Source: Monocercomonoides exilis PA203 (taxonomy: Eukaryota > Protista > Preaxostyla). Taken from it: a stretch of 64,000 nt of DNA. The notes under the pieces were generated by a model. That model made no database searches. It saw only the letters and a program-made list of their open reading frames with translations, and was not told the DNA's origin. The stretch covers positions 992,001 through 1,056,000 of the forward strand of contig LSRY02000011.1 of NCBI GenBank assembly GCA_001643675.2, read 5' to 3'. The position numbers and the translations under genes were made by a program. Positions 49,957 through 61,000 of the stretch are shown here, piece after piece (within the stretch, counting starts at the first letter, position 1; every line of letters begins with the position of its first letter).

Positions 49957-51404
49957 AAAAGAAGAAGAAACAGATAAAAACATTTTTAAAAAAAAGATTT
50001 AATTTCACATATGAAAATAAAGGATATAATAATAACAATAATCAAAAATAATTCAAAGAAAAACAAAGTTTAACAAACATGATCCCTTTGGATTAGCATA
50101 AGTAGCTGTGATATTCACCGGAGTTGCATCGATCATTCCAATATCTCCTGTGTGCAGCCATCCATCTGCATCAATCGCCTCATTTGTGGCTTCTTCGTTC
50201 TTCCAGTAGCCCTTGAACAAATTCGGCCCCCTCAGAAGAATCTCGCCACAGGGGCAGAACACAGAAGAAGAAGAAGAAGAGGAGGAGGAGGAGGAGGAAG
50301 AAGAAGAAGGAACAGTCGGCTCGCTTCCACTGCTGTTCTCCTTGTTCTCCTTCTTCGGCTGTGCAAAGTAGTTCATCTCTTCCACAGACACCAGCTTCAT
50401 CTCGTTGGCTGTGCAGAGCGGGCCAACAGATGAGAGGCGGAGGGGCCAGCCAGCAGGCACATAGGCAGTCCCTGTGGTGGTTTCTGTCAGGCCATATCCA
50501 GACACAATGGGAATGCAGAAGACTACTGAGAGGAATTCCTAGGGATGGATGGATGGAGGAATGAATGAATGAATGAATGAATGAATGAACGAATGATAGA
50601 TAGATTGATTGTATTTGTCATTAGAATAAAAAAATAATGTTTTGTAAGGTGCAAATGAAGAAGAAGAAGAAGAAGAAGAAGAAGAAGAAGAAGAAGAAGA
50701 AGAAGAAGAAGAAGAAGAAGAAGAAGAAGAAGAAGAAGAAGAAGAAGAAGAAGAAGAAGAAGAAGAAGAAGAAGAAGAAGAAAAAAGAAGAAAAAGAAGA
50801 AGAAGAAGAAGAAGAAGAAGAAGAAGAAGAAACAACGAGACATCAAAAACATAACAAATGCATCAACATTTCCCATCACAATTTAAAATAAATAAATAAA
50901 TAAATAGAACAATAAAATAAAATAAATACCTGAAGAGAAGGCGAAAGTGGAGCACCCAATGAGAAGATCCATTTCACTCTGCCGCCAAACACAGCTCTTG
51001 TCGACTTGAACACAATGTCATCCAAAATCCCCTTTGGCGGCTTCATCGTCTTCAGCCATTTTTCCTCAGAAATCGAGCGAATCGCCTTCAAACGGGATGA
51101 AAAAGCCCAAGAAAACAGCCAGCGCTTGTGGAAAAACGAGTTTTTGACTTGTGTTGTGATGGCCTGCCTGACACGCTCAAAGACACGGGGCGTGCCGACA
51201 ATGAACGTGGGGCGAACGACAGCAGCATCGTCAGTCAAAAGACGAGGGTTGCCACGATAGAAGCCGATGGAAGATCCTGTTGGGTTTGAATTGGGCAATG
51301 TTGAAAAGGAAGGGAGATAATGTTAATTAAATTAAAATAAAAAATAAAGAAGAAGAAAAAGAAAAATAATAATGAAAGAGAGAAAGTGAAAGAGAGAAAG
51401 TGAA

Positions 51405-51494
<90 letters not shown>

Positions 51495-53125
51495 AGAGAG
51501 AGAGAAAGAAAAAGAGAAACAAACCAGAAAACAGCAGGAGTGTTTGAAGAGCCCATTCAAATCCGTGTGCAAGTGGGAGGAATGAAATGTGAACATCTTC
51601 AGGGCCAAAGCGGAGCCCTCCATTGTATGCACTGCAGATAGAAGCAATGATGTTGGAGTGAGTCAAAATAACACCCTAACAGAACGAGAATGAATATATG
51701 CATCATGAATAAAAAAGAATTAATTTATATACATTTTACTTAAACTAAGATTTTTATTTAAAATTCTTCAAAAACGAACAAAAATAAACTATCATCCAAT
51801 TGTAAATATACAATAAAACAGTATTTATTCTCTTTTCTCTCTCTCTCTCTCTCTTCACTACAAACCTTTGGATTGGAAGTTGTTCCTGAAGTGTATACGA
51901 TCGCTGCGATATCCTCAGGAACTGGGTGTGTGAAATCGTCTCTGTCTCCCTTGTAGTTCGGGTTTATCAAATTCTGTTCAGAAGAAGCAGCAGCAGAAGA
52001 AGAGGCTGTTGACGAAGATTCAGATTCTTTTTTTTGCTTAATATACGCTTCTGTCAGTTTCTTTCCGTACTCTTCCAAATCGGAGAGGTAGTAAACTTTA
52101 ACTTTTGCATGAGTCGCTTCTTCCGCAGTTTCAGGCTTGCTGCCTTCAGACTCCAAATCTTCTTTGTTTTTCTGCTTTGCATTTTTTATATCAACTTCTG
52201 AACGTGGAAGTGGAGCTGATAAAGGATCATTAGAATCAACTAATCGAGCTGTTGATCCTCGAACATTTCTTGCGATCTCTTCGTCTGTTAATTTGGAATC
52301 AGAAGATGAAGATGAAAGAGATGATGAAGATTCGGTTAGATGGGTTCTTCCAGGAGTAAATTGCGTTGCCTTGCTGAATAAATATTTTTATCACATAAAT
52401 ATTTATAGATTTGGATAAAGAATTCATTTCTGAAAATGAAAAGCATTTTCAAATACAAACTCAAAAACAACAATGGATCGAAGACATTCGCAATCTCTTG
52501 CAATATCAAGTGTTGCTTCCAAATTTTGAGGAGTACAACAACAAACAGTCATATCAGAATTTGTAACAATAAATTTCGCTGAATTTGGGCCATACTAAAA
52601 GAAATGATTAATATAAAACATCATAAAATATATTTATAATTTTAAAACCGCGTCGTATAGTGCAACGCTGATCCAACTTTCCAAATGGGCTGCTGTTGTA
52701 ACGATTACAATTTCAGGGCAGTTTGGTCCATACAGACCTATTCTGTCAGATTTTTTTAAATTAAACAATGCCCTAAAGGACCTTCCAACAGAAAGAATTC
52801 GCTGATAAACTTCATTGTATGTTTGCCACAGATAACTGACTTTATTTGAATTCACAATTGTTGGTGTTCCCATGCATTTGTTTAATCCATTTGTCTTTCA
52901 AAATACAAACAAATTTATTGAAAAAAATAGACAGATTATTTATTCACAATTTACAAAAAATACCTTCATTGAATAATCCCACAAATCAGCAATTGTATGA
53001 ACTTCTGGTGTAATTGTATATAAAAAATCTTTCTCTGTGCCATTTCTCCTATAAATTCCAGATTCAGAATCATTGGCGGGCGGCGCAATTTCGACATTGT
53101 ATAACGCTTGCTGAACAAAAGCCAT
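49221..53125 (-). CDS. Long-chain fatty acyl-CoA synthetase (ACSL/FAA family), ~8 exons
   Basis: [10 protein letters not shown]|GV P-loop, [78 protein letters not shown] introns throughout. Confidence 0.93.
50657..50831. repeat. (GAA)n microsatellite in an ACSL intron
   Basis: 42 uninterrupted GAA units (50657-50782) plus an interrupted continuation. Confidence 0.95.
51375..51519. repeat. (GA)n polypurine microsatellite in an ACSL intron
   Basis: Interrupted (GA)n tract within intron ~51277-51524. Confidence 0.9.
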
Positions 53126-53497
53126 TTCGTTCAACAAAACAAAAAATCCCCGATTGAGTCAAAAATATATAAAATATATCATTAAGATCTTCAACTAAAA
53201 TTTGAAAAGTCACAAGAATTCTTGATTTAGAATTCACTTTTTTGATAACAATAAAAATCAAGAAGAAAAATGTGATTTGTTTCTATGTAGCATTGTTTTA
53301 ATAACTCATTGTTGTCGGTACGCATTTAAACTCGCATTTTGAGAATAAAAGATGATCTGACGATCTGCATCTTGGCTTTTCGCAAAATCACAGAGAAAAG
53401 TTTGGAAAATGTGCAGTAAGTCATTTTCTTTGATTTTTTAAGTGATGGTATTGGGATAAAGTCAGGGTTGATATTTGATCGAAAAGGAAGTTTTAAA

Positions 53498-53585
53498 TGG
53501 TTCAATCATAGTGCCTTTCTGCTGCTTTGCATGATATTCATGCATTAGCTTTAGTGCAGTAAGGTCTCCGATGACCAGTACATTA
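53498..53585 (+). ncRNA. Box H/ACA snoRNA 3' hairpin guiding pseudouridylation in LSU helix 69
   Basis: Hairpin with pocket arms TCATAGT (53506-53512) and CTCC (53566-53569) that pair with GGAG-UA-ACUAUGA of LSU H69. ACA at 53580-53582 lies 14 nt below the pocket. Candidate H box AAAGGA at 53483-53488. The 5' end is undefined. Confidence 0.7.
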
Positions 53586-53656
53586 TGTTTTTTTTTTATT
53601 TATCAAAGTTTACTCTGTTTTTAACAAAAAATAAAAATGTCTGTTATTTCTATTTA

Positions 53657-53730
53657 TTCAATGAAGGCCTTTTTGAAGATAGAATCAATTTAAGAAAGAA
53701 TGTGAATACAAGAATTTTGCAATTCTGAAC
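53657..53730 (+). ncRNA. Box C/D snoRNA, SNORD96-like (5.8S Gm75)
   Basis: Guide GAATTTTGCAATT directly before CTGA (53725-53728) pairs with conserved 5.8S AAUUGCAGAAUUC (one G.U). The +5 rule lands on the G. Box C is non-canonical (ATGAAGG at 53661). Confidence 0.6.
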
Positions 53731-53789
53731 TTTTTAATGGTGTGTATTTTTGTGATGCATGGACTTGAAAAGAAATAATCATGATCTGA

Positions 53790-53878
53790 ATGATGAAAAG
53801 AAACAATAAATTAATCTGTCAATCCACTGATATGACTTGGATTTCTAAGTCGTTGATGAGACATTGTTCCGTTTCTGA
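53790..53878 (+). ncRNA. Box C/D snoRNA, SNORD110-like (SSU Um in GGAUUGACAGAUU), possibly double-guide
   Basis: ATGATGA (C 53790) - AATCTGTCAATCCa - CTGA (D' 53827) - hairpin GACTTGG/CTAAGTC - TTGATGA (C' 53853) - ACATTGTTCCgttt - CTGA (D 53875). The D' guide has 13-nt complementarity to conserved SSU GGAUUGACAGAUU. Confidence 0.85.
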
Positions 53879-54362
53879 TATACTTTTGTCATTTCTTTTT
53901 CTTTCTTTTTTTCTTTATAATTATGAACCAATTTCTTTTTTTATTATTATTGTTATAATTGTAAAAAATTTCCACCTAAATTTAGGGACCTCTGATTTGT
54001 TTACTTAACGATCTATTTAGATTTTTATGTACATGCAAACAACGTGATTATGAAATGATGAATTAAACTGGAAAATGGATTGCTGTAAAAAATTAAAAGA
54101 AGTGTATTTCATTTATTTGCGAGAATAGTGGACTTTTGTAGCATTTGAAAAGAAACATGATTTTGTGACAAAAGATTAAAAAACCTTACAACAGAAGCAA
54201 ATCTAAGATTTATTTGGTTAAAAGAAAGACAACGACAAAAATGACTTTTCATTGATATTCATTAGATGTCAACAGAAATTATCTTTTCCTTCTTTGATGA
54301 TTTTAAATTGTTCATTTCTTTTTTAAAAAATAAATAGAAGAAATTTGAATAAACTTCTTCAA

Positions 54363-54446
54363 TTCAAATAAGCCAGTTTTATTCATATAAAGTGGGTTTA
54401 TTTCAAATAAAGTCGGTTTATTTTAAGTAAAGATAGTTTATTCATA
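54363..54446. repeat. Short degenerate 19-20 bp tandem array
   Basis: About 4 units of TTCAAATAAAGTNGGTTTA. Confidence 0.6.
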
Positions 54447-54899
54447 TTAACGCTGAAATCCGTCCTGAAAAAGTATTGAAAAATTATATTTCATCTTTCA
54501 AAATTACTGATTGGTTCATTTGGTGTTGTTTTTGAAGAATTTTGAATTCAATCTTTTCAGCAGCTTAGATCTTTTTGATATTAATTGAAAATGTGACAAA
54601 ATAACAGCAAAATGAGCTTCAAAGACAAAATAAAGGATAAATTTGCGAGTTATAGGTTTGTTTCACTTATATTTTTGTGTTTATTTCGAAAAAAATACAG
54701 ATGGTGCGATTATTATTTGGTTGAATAACTTCATAAAGGGAAATTGAAAAGCTCTGAAAAATATCATTGTCCTATATACAAATAACGCAAAAGTGTGCTA
54801 ATGAAGCGCAGCAAATTATTAACGTGCATTCCTTTTCTTCTTCTTCTTCTTATCTTCATTCTTTTGGTAACGTTTTCTCTCTCTTCTAATACTCATATT

Positions 54900-55790
54900 T
54901 ATCAATCAATGGTGCCATCTTCCCCAACCTCAACAGCCCATCCACTTCTCTCTCTGCTTTCGATGCCTCTTTTCTTCACCAAACACGCTCTTCATCAAAT
55001 GCTCCTATGGTTCATGTTGGAACTGAAACCCAAAGAAAATCACCTGGAAGATTGACTTCGTTTGATGTGAATAACCATTGCTTTGAGTGGTGCGAATGGA
55101 ATGATTCAAATGGAGGGAATAACTTTGGAGGTGCACTTTGTGTTTCTTGCACGAATGCAAATCTTGTAATTACATCTTGTTCATTTCTCAATTGTTCAAC
55201 AAATGAATATGGCGGAGCGTTATTTTGCAGATATTTATAAAATGTCAACATTGCAAAATCCAATTTCACAAGTTGTTCAGCTGCAAATGCAGGTGTTGCT
55301 TATGTTGGCTGGCCACAATCCAGTTCTGTATGGACATTCTCAGATAACAGAGTTGAAAGATGTTCGACAATAAATACAATTGGAACTGGTTGGCATTTTG
55401 ATATTGGAAATTTTCCATCAAACGGTCAATTCCTGTTTTCGAAATGCAAATATTTCGCAAATACAGGGGGCGATTCCACCGGCTCTTTGACATTTTATAA
55501 TCCTCCAGGAAGCAAACCAAATCAATTTTTAATCAATGATTGCCAGTTTATGAACAATAAATTGACAAGTTCATGGTATGATGGAGGTGCTACCATCTAT
55601 TTTATTTCAACTTATTCTTGGATGAGTGGGAAAATATTCATCACTTTCTGCTTATTAGATGATAACACAGCCGCCAATGGAAGAGGAAATGATGTGTTCT
55701 TCAATGGCAACAGCATCACCAATTTCCATTCGAGAATTGCGGTTCAACAACACCAGCAAAACAAATCTGGAATATCTGAACTTCAGATAA
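54900..55790 (+). pseudogene. Degraded fragment of a GGA-repeat beta-helix surface protein
   Basis: FEWCEWNDS, FGGALCV, YGGALF, DGGATIYF, NGRGNDVFF resemble the receptor ectodomain. Several frameshifts and stops. Confidence 0.6.
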
Positions 55791-56727
55791 TGATATTATT
55801 CAAATCTTGATCTCTTTCTTTGCTTCACTTCTTTGTTGTCAAATCATATTTTTTTATTTCTTCATAATCTCCATTTTTGTTTCCTCATTCCCTTTCTTTA
55901 TCATTCTGTCTTTCACTAACTTCTTGTTTTTTTTCTTTGTTTTCAAGTGCATGCATTCTGGCTACAAGCTCAGGATTATCTGCTTAATCGAGAAATATCT
56001 CCTGCATTATCGTTTTATGTATTTAAGCCAGTTCGAAAAAAGATGAAAAAAAACAGAAAATAAAAGTGCTTTTCACTTTTTCGTTTTCTTCTTCTTGCAT
56101 TTCTGTATCTGGATATCTTCTTCTTTTTGTCAGTTTGTTGTTCGAGAATGCTTTGGAGAATTGACCCAAAAGAAGAAGAGCAAGAATTCGAAGAAGAAGA
56201 AGTATGCATCAAATGACCAATTCAGAGCATTCATTTCAATAATCTGTAAAAGGATAAAACTTCTCTCAAGAAGAATTATATATTTTATCTTTCTATTTGC
56301 TTCCTCACGTTTTCATCAGTTGCAAATTTTGAATTCCAGATCCTTTATTGAACGGATAAATGTTATGAATAAGTTGAAAAGTGAAGGTGACTAACATCAT
56401 ATCAAAATTATCCAGTATCCAGTTCTTTTTCATGTGTTTCTATAAAGTTCATAAAATTAACTCTTTTTCTGTATTTTTTTTTTTTCCTTGAATTATTTTC
56501 GTTGTGCCATTATAGTAATATTTTGATTTTTGAAACACTTTGTTATGCAATTTGAACATTCCATTTTAACTAATTGAATGAAAGCGGATTTTAATGAAAC
56601 AACTGAATGTTGAATTCCAAATTACCAATTGTGTAAAAGATTACAAGTTTTCTCGTTTTCCCTTTTTGATTTAATAAATGTGAAATTCGTGTATTTTTAA
56701 TGAAGTTTTACAGTGTTGTTATCTGAA

Positions 56728-57640
56728 ATGGAAGATGATACTGAAAATAAACAGAATCAGAAAAAGGAGAACTGATTGTATTTGAAAAAGAGATGGATGA
56801 GGGCGAATTATTATTTCCCTTCTCAATCGATCCGTTTAATTTCATCGAAGGAATGATTGCAGAAAATAAACTTTCGATGGAAACTGGGTGTTTGTTGATG
56901 AGTAATGCTGAATGTCATTAAATCTTGAAGTGAATGCTGAATAATCCATTTTTGATGGTTTTCGATTGGATTAATTTTTTGAAAAAAATCGAAAAGATGA
57001 TTGTTGATGAAAATGAGACGAAAGAATAGAGAAACGAAACTCTTCTTTTTTTGACCTTTATGGATGCTGCTTGTTGTTTGGAAACACAGTCTCCAATGAA
57101 TAAATTTCAATGTGCATGCCTTGTCTTCTGGAAGTTGCGTTGAAGAAAGAGGAAAAAGAGAAAATTCAGAAAGAAGTGGAAAAGGCATTTGTTGACGTTG
57201 GACAGTCATTGGTATTTGGGAGTGTGCTTTTCTTTTTCGATTTTGATAATATTGATGTTTTCATATTTGATAAGAAATTGGATGAAGAGCAGCATTTGAA
57301 TGAAATCAAAGAAATTGCCCAATATCATCAGGAACATCACAACCTGACTTGTCTTGCTTGTCAGCCAGCCAAAAGGAGCCGAAGAGTTTGTTTTTGTTGC
57401 ATCTGATCAATTGAGAATTTGCCAGTCAGGTGGAGCAACTGATGGAAGCAGAAGTTGAGAGGAGAAATCGGAAACACACAACGATCTGAGCATGAACCTC
57501 GATGAGGAACCGAAAAGAGATGGCAGAAGAAAAAACGGAAGAGAAGAAGCGAAGAAGGGGGATGTTTTCAATAAATCTGGGCTTATCACCAAACTGCTTG
57601 GATCCATTTTTTCAAGTGAAATGTTTTTTTGATGATCACC
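56728..57640 (+). pseudogene. Pseudogene of a multicopy helical-repeat hypothetical protein family
   Basis: Broken frames give ENKLSMETGCLL, KIEKMIVDENE, CMPCLLEVALKKEE..IQKEVE, LNEIKEIAQYHQEHHNLT. These match my recollection of an expanded Monocercomonoides family (unverified). Multiple stops. Confidence 0.5.
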
Positions 57641-58080
57641 AGTCAAAGGAATAAAAAATTATTATTATCAATCATTCATTCTGAAAACACACAATATCAC
57701 TTGATTTTGCTTCAACGCATTTGAATTGTGCATCGATGATTGCTTGACCGATCATTCGTTTGCTCGATTATTGTGGCAAATAATCATCTGAAACGGCAGC
57801 CACAAAAAAATCTCTCAGATGTGTATTTCTTTCATTTCAAAAAAGAAAAAGCATTGAATTGAGTTGATTAAGGAAAGAAAACAAGAAGAGAATTACAATG
57901 TGAAAATAACACAACAAACAAAAACAACAGAGCGGATGATCTGCACTTGCACAGCACCTCCGTGAGGCAACCCAAGTGCACAAACACACAAACACCCAAA
58001 TCCACAATCACATCCATCAATTCTTGCATTTGATAAATTCCAACTGAAACTGTTTTTCTCCATAGTTTCTTGGAAGCACT

Positions 58081-61000
58081 TCATTGATTTCTCTCATTCT
58101 CAACTTCTGTGATTTTTCTCTTCACTTGGCTTTTGTCTGCTCCGTCCCCAACTCTGCCTCCAACATTGTTGTCTCCCCCGCATCCATCATCGCTGTCACA
58201 TATGGCATCTGACTGAGTGATCAGCATGGCTGCCCCAGGCATCCTCTCGAACATCATCCGACGAACATCAACAAGCCTCGGCCTGTCTTCTCCAGCACTC
58301 ATCAAGCAGCTCCTCGCAATGCCTTCAAACTTCACGCTTTCCATCTTCTTCACATCCGGCCTTTCTCCATGGACAATCTTCTGCCCAGCCGTCTCTGCTT
58401 CATAGTCTCCAAATGGAATTTGCAGAGTCAGGCACTCCCACAGCATCATCCCAATAGAAAACACAACTGACTCCTTTGTTGCCCCCAACTTCTTGTTCAT
58501 CATCAGTTCTGGTGCCTTCCATCTCAAACACTCTTTTTTGAATTCGTCCTCTTCCTCAAATGCTGATGAGGGGAGAGAGTTGTCATCATCATCACTGGCA
58601 GACGTCACAACAGTTGATGAAGAGATGGATGATGATTCTGAATCATCATCCAGCAAAATGTCAGAATGTATCACAATGCAGATCACCATATGCTCGGAGA
58701 ACAATACAATGTGAGGACTCAGGTTAGAAAGTGATTGAAGTGGAATTTCCATTTCATCAAACGAATGAAGTGCTCCATTCGCCAACCAGAACAAAATCTG
58801 AGCTGCTGTCACCTCCCTCTCCTGCAAACTTCCAATTGCCATCTCCTTCTTCTCATTCCTCCCATGAAGCAGCATGAACAGCGAATCCCTCAAATCAACA
58901 ATCAGCTTTTCATGAGGAGACGAACATGCCATCGCATCCACCAGATTGGACATGGATGAAGTGGTTGGACATAGATCCTCTCCACGAACAAAGGTTGAAT
59001 CTGAATCAGTTGTTGAAGTGGTTGAAGTGGATGAGACAGATGGAGATGGTGTTCTCTTCCTTATCTCTTCTTCTTCTTCTTTCTCCAGCACCCATTCTGG
59101 AATCTTGTCTGAGTCCTTCCCCAGAATATATTCTGTCGAGCCACTCTCACTCAATAAATGCTCCGATGATTCAGAATGTCCCAAGCTTTTCGCATACACC
59201 CTCTTCTTTATCCTCTGTTCATTCTTCTCTGCCTCCTTTTCCGCTCTCTTCCACTGATCTTCAGGTGACATCTCCATCGTCACCATCTCGATTAGCTTTG
59301 GATCTTTTCTAATATTATCATTCACAATCTCTCTCAGATCTTTATTCTCGTTCTTTGCCCTTCTCCATCGAACTGCCAGAATAATAATGACTACAAGCAG
59401 TGCAACAACAATCACTACGCAAACTATCAACAACCAATAAGATTTACCTTCTTTTCCCCCTTCAGCAATTCTATCATCTCCTTTGGCCTTAATTTCACTT
59501 CCATTTTTCAGAATGAAAGACTCAGTTGATGAAGGAGAATCAACTTTTCCAAACAGAATGCACACGCTCACTTCTGTCTCGTCTCTCACTTCCTCCAATT
59601 CTGAAGATGAAATAATTGAATGAATTTCATTCTCTGACACATAGCCTTCTTCATCAATTCCCTTTCTCATGATCTCCTCTTCATCTCCATTTTTCATGCT
59701 TATCTTCACAGACAAATCACAAGGCAGAAGCAGCTTCCCATGAATGATCAACTTCAGTTCGTCTGATGGCTGGGTTGTTTTCTTCACATCTTCAAGAATT
59801 GGAATAAAGAAGGGAGATGCTCTTTCTCCTGCTATCCCTCCCAATTTGCATCCCTCATCCAATATCCAAAGCGATGTGTTATCCTTCAATCCATCTCCTC
59901 CTTTCAAACTCACAACATCAAATTCCCCATTCCCTGTGCAGATCGCATTCCTTCGCACTGATGGATATCCTACAATATCGGGGTTGTTGTTCTCGAATTC
60001 TCCCTTCTCAATAACAACACTTCCACCTGACAAAGAGAGCCCTCCTTTCTTCGAGTTGCTGATTGTGGTGTATTTCATTGTCAGACTGCTTGAAATGGCA
60101 TCCACAACTGATCCCTTCCACTTGCAAACCTCTTCTGTTCTTCCATTTGTTTTCTTTTCTTCGCTTGCTTTTTCCTCCAAATCTCCAGAGAACCTGCACA
60201 GATCAAACCTCACATTGGCACATTTGCTCACTGACACAATCGATCCTTTCTCCTTTGAGCTCAAACACTTTCCAAATGAACAGTTCGATAGCACTTCATT
60301 CTTCGCCAAGTTCTGCATTTTCACCACACTTCCACTTCTTGAGAAAGTGATGTTCTGAACATCCAACTCCTTCATCTCCACTTCTGCTCTGTCTCCAACT
60401 TCAATCACATTTCCCTCCGATTCCATATTATCAATTTTTGTTTCTGATATGACTGCTTTCGATTCCCCAATGAATTCAATCAAAGGCACAGACAATTTCA
60501 TTCTCGTGAACACACACTTGTCCATCTCCAGCTCTCCTCCTTCAACTCCCATTATTGTGCTGTGAATGGTCAATTCTGTTGCAGATGACAAGCATTCGCA
60601 CTCACTCATCTCTGTTGTCCCGTTCTTCACTTTCATAATGCAGCTGTGACTCGATGAAAACTGTTCTCCAAACTCAAACACACACCTCTCCACAACACAC
60701 TCATTCACAAACATGACCATGTTCCCTTCATTTCCCATCTCTTGAACAGTTGCATTGAAATGGACTGTTGCCTTCACCTTTTTCATTGGCTTCACACTCA
60801 CATCTCCCATCACACATTCTCCTCCAATGTCCCCTTCTCCATCAATAAAAATCACATTCATGATCCCCTTTTGAATGTGAGACACTCCGTGGCTGACGCT
60901 TTTGCATGGATTCGTCTGCTCTCCGCACTGTCTGATATCCCTCCCATTCACACACACAAACACCTGCTGGCCATAATAGAATGTGATCAGCGGGATCAGA

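Noticed and set aside
50523-51647. Poly-K, poly-L, poly-S and (SL)n/(ER)n ORFs
   Set aside because: Translations of intronic microsatellites in the acyl-CoA synthetase gene.
54055-54130. Additional box C (ATGATGA) downstream of the snoRNA cluster
   Set aside because: No properly spaced box D and no recognisable guide.
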